Assembly (NCBI RefSeq): GCF_006345805.1
Contig: NC_043014.1
Location: 28,644,001 to 28,708,000 of the forward strand
Direction of reading: 5' to 3'
DNA length: 64,000 nt
Source of the DNA: Octopus sinensis
Taxonomy: Eukaryota
The position numbers and the translations under genes were made by a program. This document shows positions 28,591-42,919 of the stretch, piece after piece (the stretch's first letter is position 1; the number at the start of each line of letters is the position of its first letter). The notes below the pieces were generated by a model, which was not told the DNA's origin, searched no databases, and saw only the letters and a list, made by a program, of their open reading frames with translations.

Positions 28591-29198
28591 CCTTTCTACA
28601 GTAGGCACAAAGTCTGAAGTTTGGGGGGAAGGTGCTAGTCGGATACACTGATGAACTGGTAATTTGTGTTATCGACGTCGGCGGAATCTGCAACCCCAAA
28701 AGTACAGTTAGAAGAAATGCTGTTAAGCATTTTGTCCGACAGTTATTTGATGGTACTTCATTTTATTTAACTCTGGAAGGAGGAAAGGCAAATTTGACCT
28801 CTGAGGAATTTGAACCCAGAAGGTAAAGAGTCTTAACTGAATAGTACAAGGTATTTTCTCCGACAGTTTTATCGATTCTACCAAATCACCACCTCAAAAC
28901 AATAACAGCAATTTCTGATGAAGAAATAATTGCATAACGAATCGTCGACTTGGAGAATGCCATTGGATTAACTGCTTCTGTAATAATTTCTTAAATTTAC
29001 TTGTTGGGTCTTCTAAAATCTTCCATAGGCAAGTTTCATACGGGGTTGTCAGAACAATTTTATGAAAGATAGTATAGAATTTTCAAGAAATAGTGGATAA
29101 CGTGAGAAATTTTTCTTACAAGTCGGTTTTAATTTACATGATTTATATTTTAATAAGATTTTCATTAAATTGTTAATTTCATGAATTAAAATCTATAT

Positions 29199-29318
29199 AG
29201 GCGCAGTGTGGTAACAACCTTGCTTCCCAAACATATGGGAAGTGTCTTCTACTATAGCTTTGGGTCGATCAAAGCCGTAAAAATGGATTTTGTAAACGGA
29301 AACTGAAAAGAGATCGTC

Positions 29319-29365
<47 letters not shown>

Positions 29366-29378
29366 TACAGACGCACAT

Positions 29379-29422
<44 letters not shown>

Positions 29423-29608
29423 GTGTGTGTGTGAGTGTGATGTTGATGTATTTAACACTGCGTAACCTAGCGGTTCGGCAAAAGAGACCAATAGAATAAG
29501 ACTCAAAGAAAAAGTATTGGGGTAGAGTCATTCGCTTAAATATCCTTCAAGGAAATCCTCCAGCATGACCACAGTCTAATAACCGAAATATTTAAAAGAT
29601 GAAAGAAG
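29199..29608 (+). mobile_element. SINE family A copy with 5' internal deletion
   Basis: aagtgtcttctactatagc...ggatttt..acggaaactgaaa, then (TA)n(CA)n, then gtaacctagcggttcggcaaaagagacc. Confidence 0.8.
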
Positions 29609-29789
29609 TCTCAAGTAAGACACTTTGAAACAAACAAAACAAAATTTCAACAGTAGTATACATTCCCCGAAAACAGAGTCGCATAATGGTGCTCTACATT
29701 GGCAAAAGGGAAGAAACATTTTTCTTGTTAATATTGGTTTCAATTTTTGGGTCAAGGTCCGCAATTTTGGGAAAGAGGACAAGTCTGTT

Positions 29790-29960
29790 ACAACCAGCCC
29801 AGAACTCAACTGGTATTTCTTTTATTGACCCTCAAAATAATGAAAATCAAAGTTAACCTCTGCGGAATTTGATCGCAAAACATAAAAAAAAAACTCCAAA
29901 GAGATGCCACGAAGCATTTTGCCCGACGTGCTTACGATTCTGATAGCTCGCCGCCATTTT
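29790..29960 (-). mobile_element. SINE family B remnant
   Basis: aactggtatttcttttattgaccc..gaaaatcaaagttaacctctgcggaatttga..aagcattttgcccgacgtgc..agctcgccgcc. Confidence 0.65.
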
Positions 29961-31042
29961 CATTTATGGTTATATTAATACAACACAAAGCTTATAGCTA
30001 TTCTTGTATATTTGAGTACTTAGAAAATGCGTAGTGCGAGAGAAAAAGACAGAGATAACAAGATAGAAAGAGAGGGTGGGCAGAGGCATGTAGGCAGACG
30101 TTGAATAAAGGAAAATTATTTTCCAGTGATTATTCATGTGTTTGAGCATGTTTTTGAACTTATGGATGTGATTTGAATGTATACATGAATATAAAAGATA
30201 CGTTGATAAATACACATGTAACTATAGACTTAATAATTTATCTGACTATTTTTCATAAGATATATGCATTAAATACAAAACTCATTTTTGTCCCAAACCA
30301 AATATATGAAATCATTACCAAGGCATGTTTGCAATAAAAGGATCTTGAAGCAAATTAAGAACAACTGTAGATATTAAGTTGCCTCCCCTTTTGCCTCTAG
30401 GCTGGTGGATGATTAATACACATCTCTCTAGGGATTATTCATAACATGGAGATTATTCATAATTTTCTGATTTACTCTTTTGTCTGGTAGCCTTCAACAG
30501 CTGAACCAGGTTTTTTTTTCGGAATAAATATCAAGAACTCTCCTGAGCAGCATTCATAAGAAGTCCTGATATCCGCTTTATTCTCAAGAACTTTGCATTT
30601 TCTGTCTTGAAAATCGAATATTATACACATTTAAATTAATATAATCGACGACTGACCTCAATGTAGTTTGATTTGATACAACATACAATGAAGTTCGTGT
30701 TAGTCTCTCTCAGACTGGTTAGATACAGTCCTGTACATTATTTGCTCCTTATGCAAAGTATATTTGGATGCTGTTTGAAATTCAGATCTGTGACATAATC
30801 CGTATATATGTTAGCATCAACTGATAAATGTTAATGACACTATCAAACTTTATAAACGCTATCTCTTCTGATATAAGCTCCTATATCTATTCTTTTGTTT
30901 AACGTATTAAATCTTTCTAGGAGTATAAACAGGATTTTGCTACCAAATTGTTTTCCTACTTTGAGAAATCGGTGAATGAATTCTTCCTAATAATATTTTT
31001 CGTGTATAATCCAGTAGGGGTACTTTTTTTTACTTATTAAAG

Positions 31043-31100
31043 CAATCACCACCGAACTAAACGATATTAAAGATAGTTTTTGTGCTGCTTTGGATTTGAA
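31043..31100 (+). CDS. Candidate coding exon, unknown protein
   Basis: Acceptor tactttttttacttattaaag|, frame AITTELNDIKDSFCAALDL (phase 1 to 2), donor gtatgt. Confidence 0.25.
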
Positions 31101-31236
31101 GTATGTTTGTGATGCTTCACAGTATTCTTGTCTCACCCTAGTAAAGCTAAAGAAAATAATATGGAGGTGACTCCAGTTGATCAGATATTTTATATTCGTT
31201 TTCATATGAGCGGTCATAATATTCTACATAGAATAT

Positions 31237-31468
31237 TAAGACGGCGAGCTGGCAGAAACGTTAGCACGCCGGGCGAAATGCTTAGTGGTATTTCGACTGT
31301 CGTTATGTTCTGAGTTCAAATTCCGCCAAGGTCGACTTTGCCTTTCATCCTCTTGGGGTCGATAAATAAAGTACCAGTTTCGCACTGGGTCGATGTAATC
31401 AACTTAATCCCTTTTTCTATCCTTGTTTGTCCTCTCTATGTTTAGCCCCTTGTGGGTAGTAAAGAAAT
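31237..31468 (+). mobile_element. SINE family B, full length, with 18-bp target-site duplication
   Basis: tRNA-like head (gagctggcagaaacg...gagttcaaattcc). atattctacatagaatat occurs at both 31219-31236 and 31469-31486. Confidence 0.92.
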
Positions 31469-31903
31469 ATATTCTACATAGAATATACCTGAGAGTAGAG
31501 TAATATTTAAATTTAGCACAGAAGTATAAAACGCTTAGAAACTTGTCAAATCTGCACTATGATAACTCCACAGTGCTATCTAGTAGTATCTAGAGTTGTA
31601 TCTAAGATATGGGTATTGTATACGTAAAAGACCTACTTCCATTATCCACTAAAACTGGTTTTGATAAGTTCTACCAAAGACTCACGCCATCACCCTATCA
31701 TGGCAAATATATAGCAAAATCATATATTTCTTTATGTACTCAACCATGAAAGAAGTATGTTCCGACATACTGTGACGAAGGCTTGTAGTGAATTCCATAG
31801 CTCATCAGATATAGCATACAGGGCAAAATCTGTCAATTACGTTACGAGTAATTTCTGAAACCACATTGGCACCCAGGTAAGGTACCATCTATGATGTACT
31901 TAC

Positions 31904-32044
31904 CGAGTACTTATTATAGTTGAAAGGAGTAAAGTACATGGTACTTTGCAAGTTCTGAAAGACAAAAGCCATTATGGAATTTTGCTGGAAGGGAGTATAA
32001 CGCAATGAAATCGAAGCAGAAGAAGAAATTATGAAAGAATGGAG
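31904..32044 (-). CDS. Candidate coding exon (141 nt), unknown protein
   Basis: Minus-strand acceptor tttccaacttatttcag| and donor CTCG|gtaagt, length 47 codons, phase-0 frame open: LHSFIISSSASISLRYTPFQQNSIMAFVFQNLQSTMYFTPFNYNKYS. Confidence 0.35.
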
Positions 32045-32185
32045 CTGAAATAAGTTGGAAACATTTAAATTATTAAAACGAGCACATGTGTGCATAAATA
32101 CACACACACATGCACAAACACGCACACATAACACACACATATGCACAACAGTCATACCATACATTTACACATTTATGCACATAGT

Positions 32186-32216
<31 letters not shown>

Positions 32217-32588
32217 ACATATATACCCGCACACTTTTCTAAGAACTAATATGACAAGTGTCTTTTATTGGCAAACATGTACTTTGGGTATGCATATATA
32301 TTAATGCAATATTCACCAACGCAGCAGTGAAGAGCAAATATTATACTAAGAGAGTAAAAAACAAAAAAACTTGTCTCTCACTTTGGAATGTCTTTGAGCC
32401 ATTGCAGTTGTGAAATATTCACTAATTAATGAACTTAGGAATTATTCTAAAATATTTTAGTGTGCCTTTATTTACCTTTCATTATGTTTTTACATAACTT
32501 TATTTCGTAATTATTTCGTATGATGTTGCATATATTTGTGTTAGTGTCTGTACGTGTTTCTGTGTGTGTATATGCATGTAAATAAATG

Positions 32589-32689
<101 letters not shown>

Positions 32690-32987
32690 ATGAGCTTGTG
32701 CTTGTACATATATGCATGTGCGCAATGCATTCACACGTGTATCCCCAATCATTGTATAGGTAGACGATTAAAATATGTATTTCTAATTTGTCAAGTAAAC
32801 GATTTAATATATTTCTAAATTACGAACTTAAACTCTTGTAAAGTAGTCAAAAGTTTTTTAAAATCCTCATTAACAATAGGGCAATTATTTTTGTGATTCT
32901 ATTTTGTATTCTTTGAAAAGCCAAATCACGGGAGTAATTTGATACAAACTTATAACAATGTTTCTGTGTTATGAAGTATGAGATACA

Positions 32988-33118
32988 GTGGAGGCGCGTG
33001 GATTAGTGGTTAGGGTGTCAGCGATGGACTGGCATCCCGTCCAGCTGGGGAACACATACGCCATAGAAACCGGGCCCATGATCCTGGCTAGGCTTTAAAA
33101 GGACGCATTTATTTTTTA
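32988..33118 (+). mobile_element. SINE family C copy with 120-bp internal deletion
   Basis: Collinear with 47198-47446 except that the segment between gtgtcagc and gatggactgg is missing. Confidence 0.85.
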
Positions 33119-33600
33119 TTTTACATTAGAGATACACAGGTATATGAGTCTGTTTATATATCAGTCTGTCAGTATACATGAATATGTTTGTAAATTTCTG
33201 CGTGCGTGTGTGTGTGTGTGTGTATGTGTATTAGTTGTAAGCTGTAGTCGCACTCCGTAGCTACTTTGTTTAAATCGTTTTCTCCTGATATGGAATCAAC
33301 CTAAATGAATTTAAACACAGTAAGAGAAGAAATCTTGAGAACTGTGTGACAGACTGATAACTATTTTACTTAAAACTCTGAATGATGACAAAAATCATTG
33401 ATCCGGTTTAATATAGTAATTAAAAAATATTCTTCTATTTGCATAACTATTAGGCAAGTAATGTATATTTTTTTTAACAAATTTCAACCGAAATATATTC
33501 CTAATTGTCGAAAACACCGTTTCGTTTGTTGGAAATATAGCAATATCAATCTACACTTGGGGTCACCTTTATAATAACATTGATAACAATTGGAACTTAC

Positions 33601-33653
33601 TTTGCAAGATATAACAATTGTTTCTATGTGAGGGAAAATATTTTTCTCATTGT
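33601..33653 (-). CDS. Candidate coding exon (53 nt), unknown protein
   Basis: Minus-strand acceptor ctttcagtttctcattag| and donor TGCAAA|gtaagt. Only one frame is open (NEKNIFPHIETIVISCK), ending at phase 0, which is compatible with 31904-32044. Confidence 0.3.
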
Positions 33654-33994
33654 CTAATGAGAAACTGAAAGATAAAAATTGTAGAACCATCCATTCATAT
33701 ATATTCTTACTTACTCGGGATCCAAACTCACATTTACTTCTATTCACTAAATCTTTGCAATGTTGAATCGACAATTCCTCCTTTTTCGTTCTTTTATTTG
33801 GCAAACATTTATTTAAAAAATACAACGTAAAAATAATTTTGAAATTATTACCGTGAAAAGAAATAACTAAATAGATCTATTTCTTGAAATCATTAAGTTT
33901 CATCGCGAAATACTGTCTTATTGCTAAACTGTGTTGAACTTAACGAATACGGTTCAGAATTATTTTTATTTTAGTCTGTTTCTTTCCATTTTTT

Positions 33995-34237
33995 ATCAAT
34001 TCGGTGTCCATATGGACCTTGGGAGTCCACTTAAGATTTCATTGTTAAAATTTATATCCAGTAAATTCGTTATACTTCTATAATACACAAAATATTTCAG
34101 CAACTTTTTATACAATTCCGAATGATATTTAATTATAAAGATATGGAATATTTTAAACATCGATTTGTTGGGAGGGTCCATCCGAGTAAGAGAGGAATCG
34201 AAGGGGTCCATAGATAAAAAATTGTTGAGAAACACTG
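33995..34237 (-). mobile_element. One end of a hAT-like non-autonomous DNA element
   Basis: Minus strand begins CAGTGTTTCTCAAC and has repeated atggaccc subterminal motifs. The partner TIR was not found. Confidence 0.4.
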
Positions 34238-34607
34238 TTCTAGAGTATTACTCACACATATGGGACAAAGCACACACGTTTTCAGGTCGTATTTAAAATG
34301 AGGTCATCACATTGATAGGTCTATATCCCAACAATATTTTGTGTTGTCTCTGTTACTCCTCTGTATTTACTTCAAGGCTCCCTATTCTTTTCACATAGCA
34401 AGCTCTGTTCCAGCTGATGAACCCAATTTTCCGCTTTTTCTTATTCCTATTCTGTTTTACCTTCCGAATCCCATACTAATCATTTTACCCAAATCTTCCC
34501 ATCCCGAAATAAAACCTAGACTTTCCTTATAGATATCTATTTACAGAACTATGTGAATTGCACAGCAGTGTTATATAACATTACTGTATATTATTATGAA
34601 ATAACTG

Positions 34608-34840
34608 AAGCGTGTAAGGTGTTTATAAACAATTTAAGAAACACACAAAATCCGTTAGATTCACGTCAACATTTAAATTAAATTTGACAAATTAAATTTA
34701 AATTTAAATGTTGAAGTGAATCTAACGGATTTTGCGTGTTTCTTAAATGGCTTATAAACACCTTCCTCGCTGCAATTGTTTTCGTTCCAGCACACGATCT
34801 CAGATCAGGTTACTTGCTATGCAAGTACATCTCCGTAATA
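34608..34840. repeat. Fold-back: ~70-bp inverted repeat of a repeat terminus (probably Penelope-like)
   Basis: 34616-34680 aaggtgtttataaacaatttaagaaacacacaaaatccgttagattcacgtcaacatttaaatt pairs with about 34700-34764 with roughly 4 mismatches. Confidence 0.75.
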
Positions 34841-35576
34841 TTATGAAATACTTTATTATAAAATCAATGTTATAATTAATGTTATGATATAATTCTTATC
34901 TAATGTTATGCCTGTTAGCTTAACCCGTTTTTTCCCTTCTCCACTAACATTTCATATCGCTCATGTGTATTTGTTCTCATTCAAGAACGCTTTGTAAAGC
35001 TGCGAGCTCTACCTTAGACTATATGATAAAAAGAGTTATATCGAAAAGACATTTTACATTCATGTTTGACTATTAAAAATATAAAAGAAAAATATTAAAA
35101 AAAAATTTAATTCACTTCGTGGATATTTCAATACATTATGTAACTTTAACTAGAAATTCCAAGAGAGTATATACTTAAGAATTAATCATTGTTTTTATTT
35201 CTTCTTTCCCTTTAGACTTTGCATATTTTGTTGACTGACTTGAATTTAAAATAAACATTTATAGTGTGATTTATATATTATAAAATTTACCAACATTAAA
35301 CTATTTAAAATTTTATCTAACGGTTGAAATTCCACATTTCAGAGCTCAGCCTTTCCATCTGTTATCTGAATAAGGTTTTTTATATATATATATATATATA
35401 TATCGGATTTTCCCGTATTTTCTTATTTGCTCATAACGGATTTTAAATCTTTGTTATTAAAAATAGCTTAAACAAAGGAAATTATGTTGATTTTTCAAGA
35501 AGTGAACCTTTAAATGATAAACTGTGTGCATACAGACGTATACATACACACACTCACACACACATGTATATATGTG

Positions 35577-35668
<92 letters not shown>

Positions 35669-37268
35669 GATATTAGAGCCGAGTCAAGTTGTGATTTGTG
35701 AGGTAAAAGAATTATATTGAGTTGACTAGCCGTTGGGTGTCTGCCATGTGAGCAGCAGATTGACGATCTTGAAGATAATACTAAAAGGCTGAAATATTTG
35801 TTGTGAAACCCTTCCACTTTCCCTAATAGTCGAAGAGAGACGGATCGACTGACTGCAGTGGAAAATAATAACACCACATAACAAAAGAAAGTTGTTTGTA
35901 TTGATGTTGCTGCTGTCTCCTTCCACTATGCCGCTGCCTGTCTGTGTCTGTGTCTGTGTAAAGTGTTATTGAACGTCTGGCCTTGCTGTTGTAATGTCTG
36001 GCTGAGTTGTTGTACGTTCGCTTGTTATTGTCTAGGCCTTTGTTTCCCTGTCCGCTATATTCCCTTGATTGTCCATATTTGGCGTTTACAATATTTTTGT
36101 GTTGTATCTCATTGACTTAATGAATTGCTTCGTTTATTTATTTCTAAAGTGTATAGTTGGCTCGTGTTGATGTTGCCGCTGCCGACATCCACGTTGTGTT
36201 TGGTAGTGAATGTTCAGCCTCAATTTTTTGTTAGTATAGTTTTTTCGTTCTTTTTCTTTTTTTTTCTGTTATCAACTCTTGCAATATCCATCTTCGTTGA
36301 GTATGTGTCATGGTGCCGCAAAGGTAGCGTCAAATTTTAAAATTCCTTGTAATGTTCTTGTCGAATTGGCACCCGGGACACGGTGACACTTAGAACAAGG
36401 AATGTCCACCGAATAAGGCACTATCACTAAGCATACGCTCTCATTGAATTAAATTGCACACACACACACACACACACACCACACACACACACATACACAA
36501 ACACACACACGCACACACATACACACACACACACACACGTACATATATGTTTTCGAGATAAGTTAATACTTGTGAATGTTTTTACATACAAACGTACTTA
36601 CACGCATGTAAGCACTCGTACGTAAAGAGGTACACACGTGTGCATACACAGTTACACACACATACTTACCAAGCGAGTGGAGAGTCTGAAAACACGTGTC
36701 GCACAAGCGTTTGTATATCGGCGCCATATACGAATGTATATATAATATACACTTCAATTCATTATCAGCGTATATAGCACAAACACCATACTTATTTCGA
36801 GCGAAAGAGAAGTCTATACTTCGCCATTAGACTGCTAAATATAGCAGCAAAATCGCCCTCAAATTATATTTTATCATCTTAAAGAAAGAGAAAGGCTTAT
36901 TGGAATAGAGTGCTGGACTGAGGTAGTATATAGAAAATGGATAAGAGGGTCACGGCGAGAACACCTCTTACAGAGAATATCTTGGGCTAAAAACAAACTA
37001 TGCTAGGAACTGTTCGCATCGTGACAGCATGAGTGCACGCATGCGTGTGTATGTAAATGAGCGCGCATGTGCACGTATATATGCCTGTGTGCATGTGTGT
37101 GGGTTCATTTATGCATAACATTTTTGAAGAGGTTTAAAAGACAGACGGAAAAAAAGCGTGAAAATAGGCAGACGTTTATTTCGTGGACGTACATGTTGTA
37201 ACACACACACACACATACACACAGACACACACACAGACACACACACACATACATACACATACGAACAA

Positions 37269-37391
<123 letters not shown>

Positions 37392-37599
37392 CAGATAAGT
37401 GTGTGTGTGCGTGCGTGCTTATGGGTATCATAAAGTCAGTAACAAAGAGAGAAGAGACTGAGAAACAAAGATAGTATATTACACTGAATATAACGAAGGA
37501 CTTGTAATTACACATTATCTATGTATTTATGTTTTGATCGATAAATCTGTGCTGTCAATGTATTTGAATATGTTTACGCTTAACATGCACGCAGCGCTG

Positions 37600-37602
<3 letters not shown>

Positions 37603-37677
<75 letters not shown>

Positions 37678-37699
37678 TGTGTGGTGTGTGTGTGTGTGT

Positions 37700-37731
<32 letters not shown>

Positions 37732-37743
37732 CTGTGAGTGTGT

Positions 37744-37783
<40 letters not shown>

Positions 37784-37805
37784 GCGTGTGTGTGTGTGCG
37801 TGCGT
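37603..37805 (+). repeat. Long (GT)n microsatellite (potential Z-DNA)
   Basis: Directly visible, about 200 bp. Confidence 0.95.
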
Positions 37806-39932
37806 GTAATCCGTAAATATAAAACTCCTGCAATAATTGATGATTGATTTGTTTGTTGCAGTGATTGGCTCAAATCTGCGCATAGGCAAGATAACTTCAG
37901 AAAGTTGGTTAAACGAAATGTTAGTCACAATATTGGAGGCTTTACCATTTTTAGTACCACCTCCAAAATACTCGATAACTCTTACCATTGTTGCCGATGT
38001 TAATGAACTAGGATCGTTCAATCAAATACTTATGCCTGAAATTCTTTATTTGTCTATGAAAGTCAAAAAATGCGTAGGTTTTCTCTGCAACAATTTATAC
38101 CCCTGCATATTTATTCGTATATTTAACTCCATCTGTAATCTGTTTTTGTATGTTTGTGTGTGCAACATATCTGTTTTCACGCAAAACTCAAAAGAAAATT
38201 ATCAAAATATATTTGCAAAGGTAGAGATACATGGCTACTTAGGAGGCTGAGTATGTGTGTATTCGTCGGAATACGTTATAGTATTGCTTTTTCTCTTACT
38301 GAGAGACTTTCTTTCTTCGTTCCTCTCCAATATTTTCAATAATGACAGTAAGCTTCATATTAGACGCCAGTTGAATACATACCTATTACTAAAGAGCCAA
38401 CGGAGAAGCCCTTCTATAGGTCTACTAAAAATAGCAGTTAAATCTCTCTCAAATTTCATGAGACTCTTAAAAATGAAAGAATACAACGCCGTCTAGTAAA
38501 AAAAAACAAAAAAACAAAAGAAGCAGGATAATTATAGCTTGATCATTGGTCTAGCCGTTGAGAACCGGCCAGAGGATAATATCTGAATTATATTTGGGGG
38601 GGGGGAGGGAGAAAGATATTCCGGAAAATACAAAGTGACTGATGTTAAAGGAGAAGGAAATATGATAGAAAAGGATAACTTGATTTAAAAATCCAGCAGT
38701 AAAACTGAATTAAGTAAGTACTACTATTTTTCTGATAATAAATAACTTATAGTTAACCAGACTGAGAAAGGAAAAATTAGTTTATTTTGCACGAAACGAA
38801 TCTAAGATTCGTGTATAGGCAAGATATTTTGTATTCAAAGATAGTAACAGCTCTAGATTAGCGACGTAATTTGGAATATATAGACGGTTATCTGGTGAGT
38901 CTCACACAGAAAATAGTTAAGATACTGGATATGCAAATTACGCAATTATTGTGTGAAGCCATTTTCTTTATCGAGATTCATAAACATCAACGATTCTGAT
39001 TTTTTTCCCACTTCAAGAATCTGAATTCTTGAACTCATTTTAAGAAAACTAGTTGGTTGTTAAACGATACATCAGCCCTTGATTACTTTGCACAATGCAA
39101 ATTATTTACATTGTCTAAACTAATTAATGCTTAAAACTACCCACAGCATTTTGTCCAGTCGTTAGTTTTCACCTAATCTTAGTATTTTTTTAATGTTTTT
39201 AATATCATTACTCACTGTCAACATTTTTTCAGAATACAAGCAATAAACGTGGATCCAAAATTCCAATTTATTTTCATATTCCATAAATCTTCAAGTCACG
39301 ATAACTAGTTATATCGAGTGCTTCCATGGTTTTAGTTGATAAATGACAAGCTTTACACAATAAGAAACTCAGTTAAATTCATTGATATACATTATTATTC
39401 TCTAAGACATATATTTCCCAGCTTCATGCAAATTATCAAGTGGCCTGCTCAAAGGCTTTGCGATAAACCAGTAAAACCAAAATTGCATAACAGTGTTATA
39501 ATCTAATTCTAATCTAATGTAAAGCCTGTTCGTTTATCCGGTTTTTTTTTACCTTTCCTGACTAAGATTTCATATCACTCATGTGTATTTGCTCTCTGCT
39601 AGAGCGGTATTAGTAACAGCTTACAAAAACTTCCAGATCATTTTGTAATGTCTTGTAATGCATGCACAAAATGGCGGAGAAATGACTGAACATTAAAAAT
39701 AATTTGATAAATGCATACTTTTTGGTTGTAACTGTCCAGAAGATGCATGAGTGATTTATTTTAACAGAGATTACACTGAAGTAGTGACGTAATAACTCGT
39801 TTCAAAAATTATATATTTAAATTCAACGGGATTGATATCCATGACAGCTACTATATATAGAGAGGCAGAAAGTAATTGAGCCATGCTTCTTCGATGTTGA
39901 ATTCAGCTTTCAACTAGTATGATTGCTATATT

Positions 39933-40125
39933 TATTTCTTTATTGCCCACAGGGGGCTAAACATAGAGGGGACAAACAAGGGGATTAAGTCGATTATTGG
40001 TACTTAATTAATCCACCCCAAAAGGATGAAAGGCAAAGTCGATTTCGGCGGAATTTGAACTCAGAACGTAGCGGTAGACGAAATACCGCTAGGCATTTCG
40101 CCCGGCGTGCTAACGTCTCTGCTCG
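39933..40125 (-). mobile_element. SINE family B copy
   Basis: tttctttattgcccacagggggctaaacatagagggg...ggcggaatttgaactcagaacgtagc..gcccggcgtgctaacg is the reverse complement of 31237-31468. Confidence 0.88.
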
Positions 40126-40716
40126 AGTATAATAGATTAATTTACTCTATGGAGAAACGCAACAAAACTATATACTTTAAGATCAATGCTATTCTAAAAC
40201 GAACTTTCGAGATGCCTGCATTTGATTGTTCTCTACCTGTTCACATTTCGTACAGAAATCTATTAAAAGATATATAAAACAGTATCTAAAAATATGAAAA
40301 TCAGATCAGATGATTAGTGGCAAAAAAAAGTCTAGTATACTAATCCTTAGCAGCACAAGTAGATAAACTTGATATGTTAAACGAAAGTTAGACGTTTCAA
40401 AACAGTAAGAAAATATACATAATTTTGTTTACGAAAGTTTTCATTCAGTGTAGTTTACTTCGAATCTATCGATGGACTGTCAATGAATATGTTAACTGCA
40501 ACTTTGTGGGATACTGTAAATAAAGATCCTTTCAGAAAAGAAATATATTGTAGTAATTTCGAAGTAGAAATCCGTTTATTTTAGAAATAAATATTTAAAA
40601 AATGTGAGTAGCTTTTTTTTTTTGCTTTAGACTTAGAAGATTAAGAGCTGTACTGATTAAGACTACGTAATACATTGTCACAACAATTTCGTAACGTGAG
40701 ATATTAGATTTTATAG

Positions 40717-40782
40717 AAGACTACAGTCTATTGCTGATGCAGACCACGGTGGAGTGAAATGCAAAGCCGACACTATCATATT
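40717..40782 (+). CDS. Candidate coding exon (66 nt), unknown protein
   Basis: Acceptor attagattttatag|, donor gtaagg. Only the phase 2-2 frame is open: RLQSIADADHGGVKCKADTII. Confidence 0.3.
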
Positions 40783-41280
40783 GTAAGGGGGCAAAACTAA
40801 GCTCTGTAAAGACATTGATTCTGGCTGTCAAGCAATCTTTTATCGCTCTTAAAGTAAAACGTAAATGATTACACGCAAACACCTATTACTCAAACTACCA
40901 TTTCTATTCGAAAAGTAAGGCTATAGAAACATAGCCTTAGGAATAGATAAAATAATTAAAGTAGCGTAATGAATTCAACGTTAATATAGAGAATGTTCAA
41001 CGCTGGCAGATAGAATATCTTGTAGGCTACGACTGTTCTGTTTAAAGAGAGAACAGATCATAAGCATCTTAATCAATCAGCAGGGGAAGCGTTATCGACA
41101 CGACTTCAAAGTGAATAAATTTCATAATATCGAAATCTCTAAATTTATATCTTAACCGAAATATTTTTATTACAGTCATTTAAATTAATATTCAAATGTG
41201 GTTCGCGCGCGCACACTCGACGCACACGCTACACACGCGCAAACACACATATACACGCACATATATGTTTGCATCTATGC

Positions 41281-41321
<41 letters not shown>

Positions 41322-41502
41322 TATATATACATATATACATACATATATATACATATAAATATATATATGTATATATATATATATAATATATATATATATA
41401 CATATACACATATATATATACATACTTACATATATATATACATATATGTATATATATATTTATATGTTCATATATCTGTATATATGTATATGTATGTATG
41501 TA

Positions 41503-41603
<101 letters not shown>

Positions 41604-42083
41604 ATATGTATATATGTATATATATATAAGTGTATATGTATAATTATGTATCCTGAGAATCGTTCCATTAAATTTGAAATTTGGACCATATTAGTTATTA
41701 AATTTACATCAGCAGCACTCGAATGATATTAACTGTAAAATTGAATTGCATCTAGTTTATTCGATTACCAAAATTCGCAATCTTTCGATAAAGTATGTGT
41801 ACATATGAGTTATGAATTAGAAATAACAGAATGTTGTAGCTGTTAACTCTAGGGTTTTTCCTCCTGAACTACTTCATAGGGTACTTTTACTACCATATCT
41901 TCTTAGAAAACGTTTCAAGGAGAATTTTAATAATATATCTCAGGACATGTCTAATTTAAATTCAACAAGTAACGCCTGGCTTGTGTAATTATTGTATAAA
42001 CGACATTTTAGGTGCAAGAATTGATGTTTCCCTGTACATTAAATTGGATTTTTCATCAAGATCTTTGACATATGGGAACAGTC

Positions 42084-42121
<38 letters not shown>

Positions 42122-42711
42122 TGCACACTCCTAATATTAGTATGTTTTTAAAGATATACTTATATGAGTGCATCAATGTGTAACATTTATTACATATGTG
42201 TGTTTATGTGTATGTGCTTGTGTGTTTGTATAGACAAAAAAACACACACGCGTACAAAAGCCATAATAAAACTAAATAAAATACATTTTTAAAACATCAC
42301 AATTCTTTCTGTGAAATTAGAAATTTCAGTTAATAATTGCCAAATCGAAGCAATTTTCCCGTTTTCCATTTCCTCTTTCTTTTTTAATTTGAATTTCTTG
42401 AAGTAATTATCTATGGCAATTTTCATATAATTGATGTTAAAGGCTAAATTGTCTCATGCAATAATTTTATTGAAATATATTTAGTTATCTTAAAATAAGT
42501 CCTTCTATATGTTAAATTCCTCTTCTGAAATGCATTTGGTGTTAGTTGTTGTTTAATTTCATTTATTTGCACAATTTAACAACAGTGGGTCCTTTTTACT
42601 ATCATAGATTAACTGTAACAAAATTTCTTTTTTTTTTTTCTATTTTCTCATGTAACTCTATTTTCTCTCTCACTCCCCTTCTCCCGTCGCCAATTCAATA
42701 TTTCATAAAAT

Positions 42712-42743
<32 letters not shown>

Positions 42744-42919
42744 CACACACACTTTCTCTCTCTCTTTCTCAGACACACACAAATACGAAAACACATAGCT
42801 ATGCACCTACCCCTGCATACGCACTTTCTTGCGGTTCATAATAGACCCTAGAACAACAACGATTATAAAAGGAACATTTTTTATGCAACATTATTAGGCA
42901 TTATTAAAACAAGCATCAA

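Noticed and set aside
30476-30605. Minus-strand open segment containing YECCSG (EMI-domain-like)
   Set aside because: It is a single short motif without the following conserved Y/W or other cysteines, and its phase does not join the better exon candidates.
37837-38250. 137-aa + strand ORF
   Set aside because: No recognisable domain, and its 3' half runs into low-complexity AT/GT sequence. Only a short segment in another frame is kept as an exon candidate.
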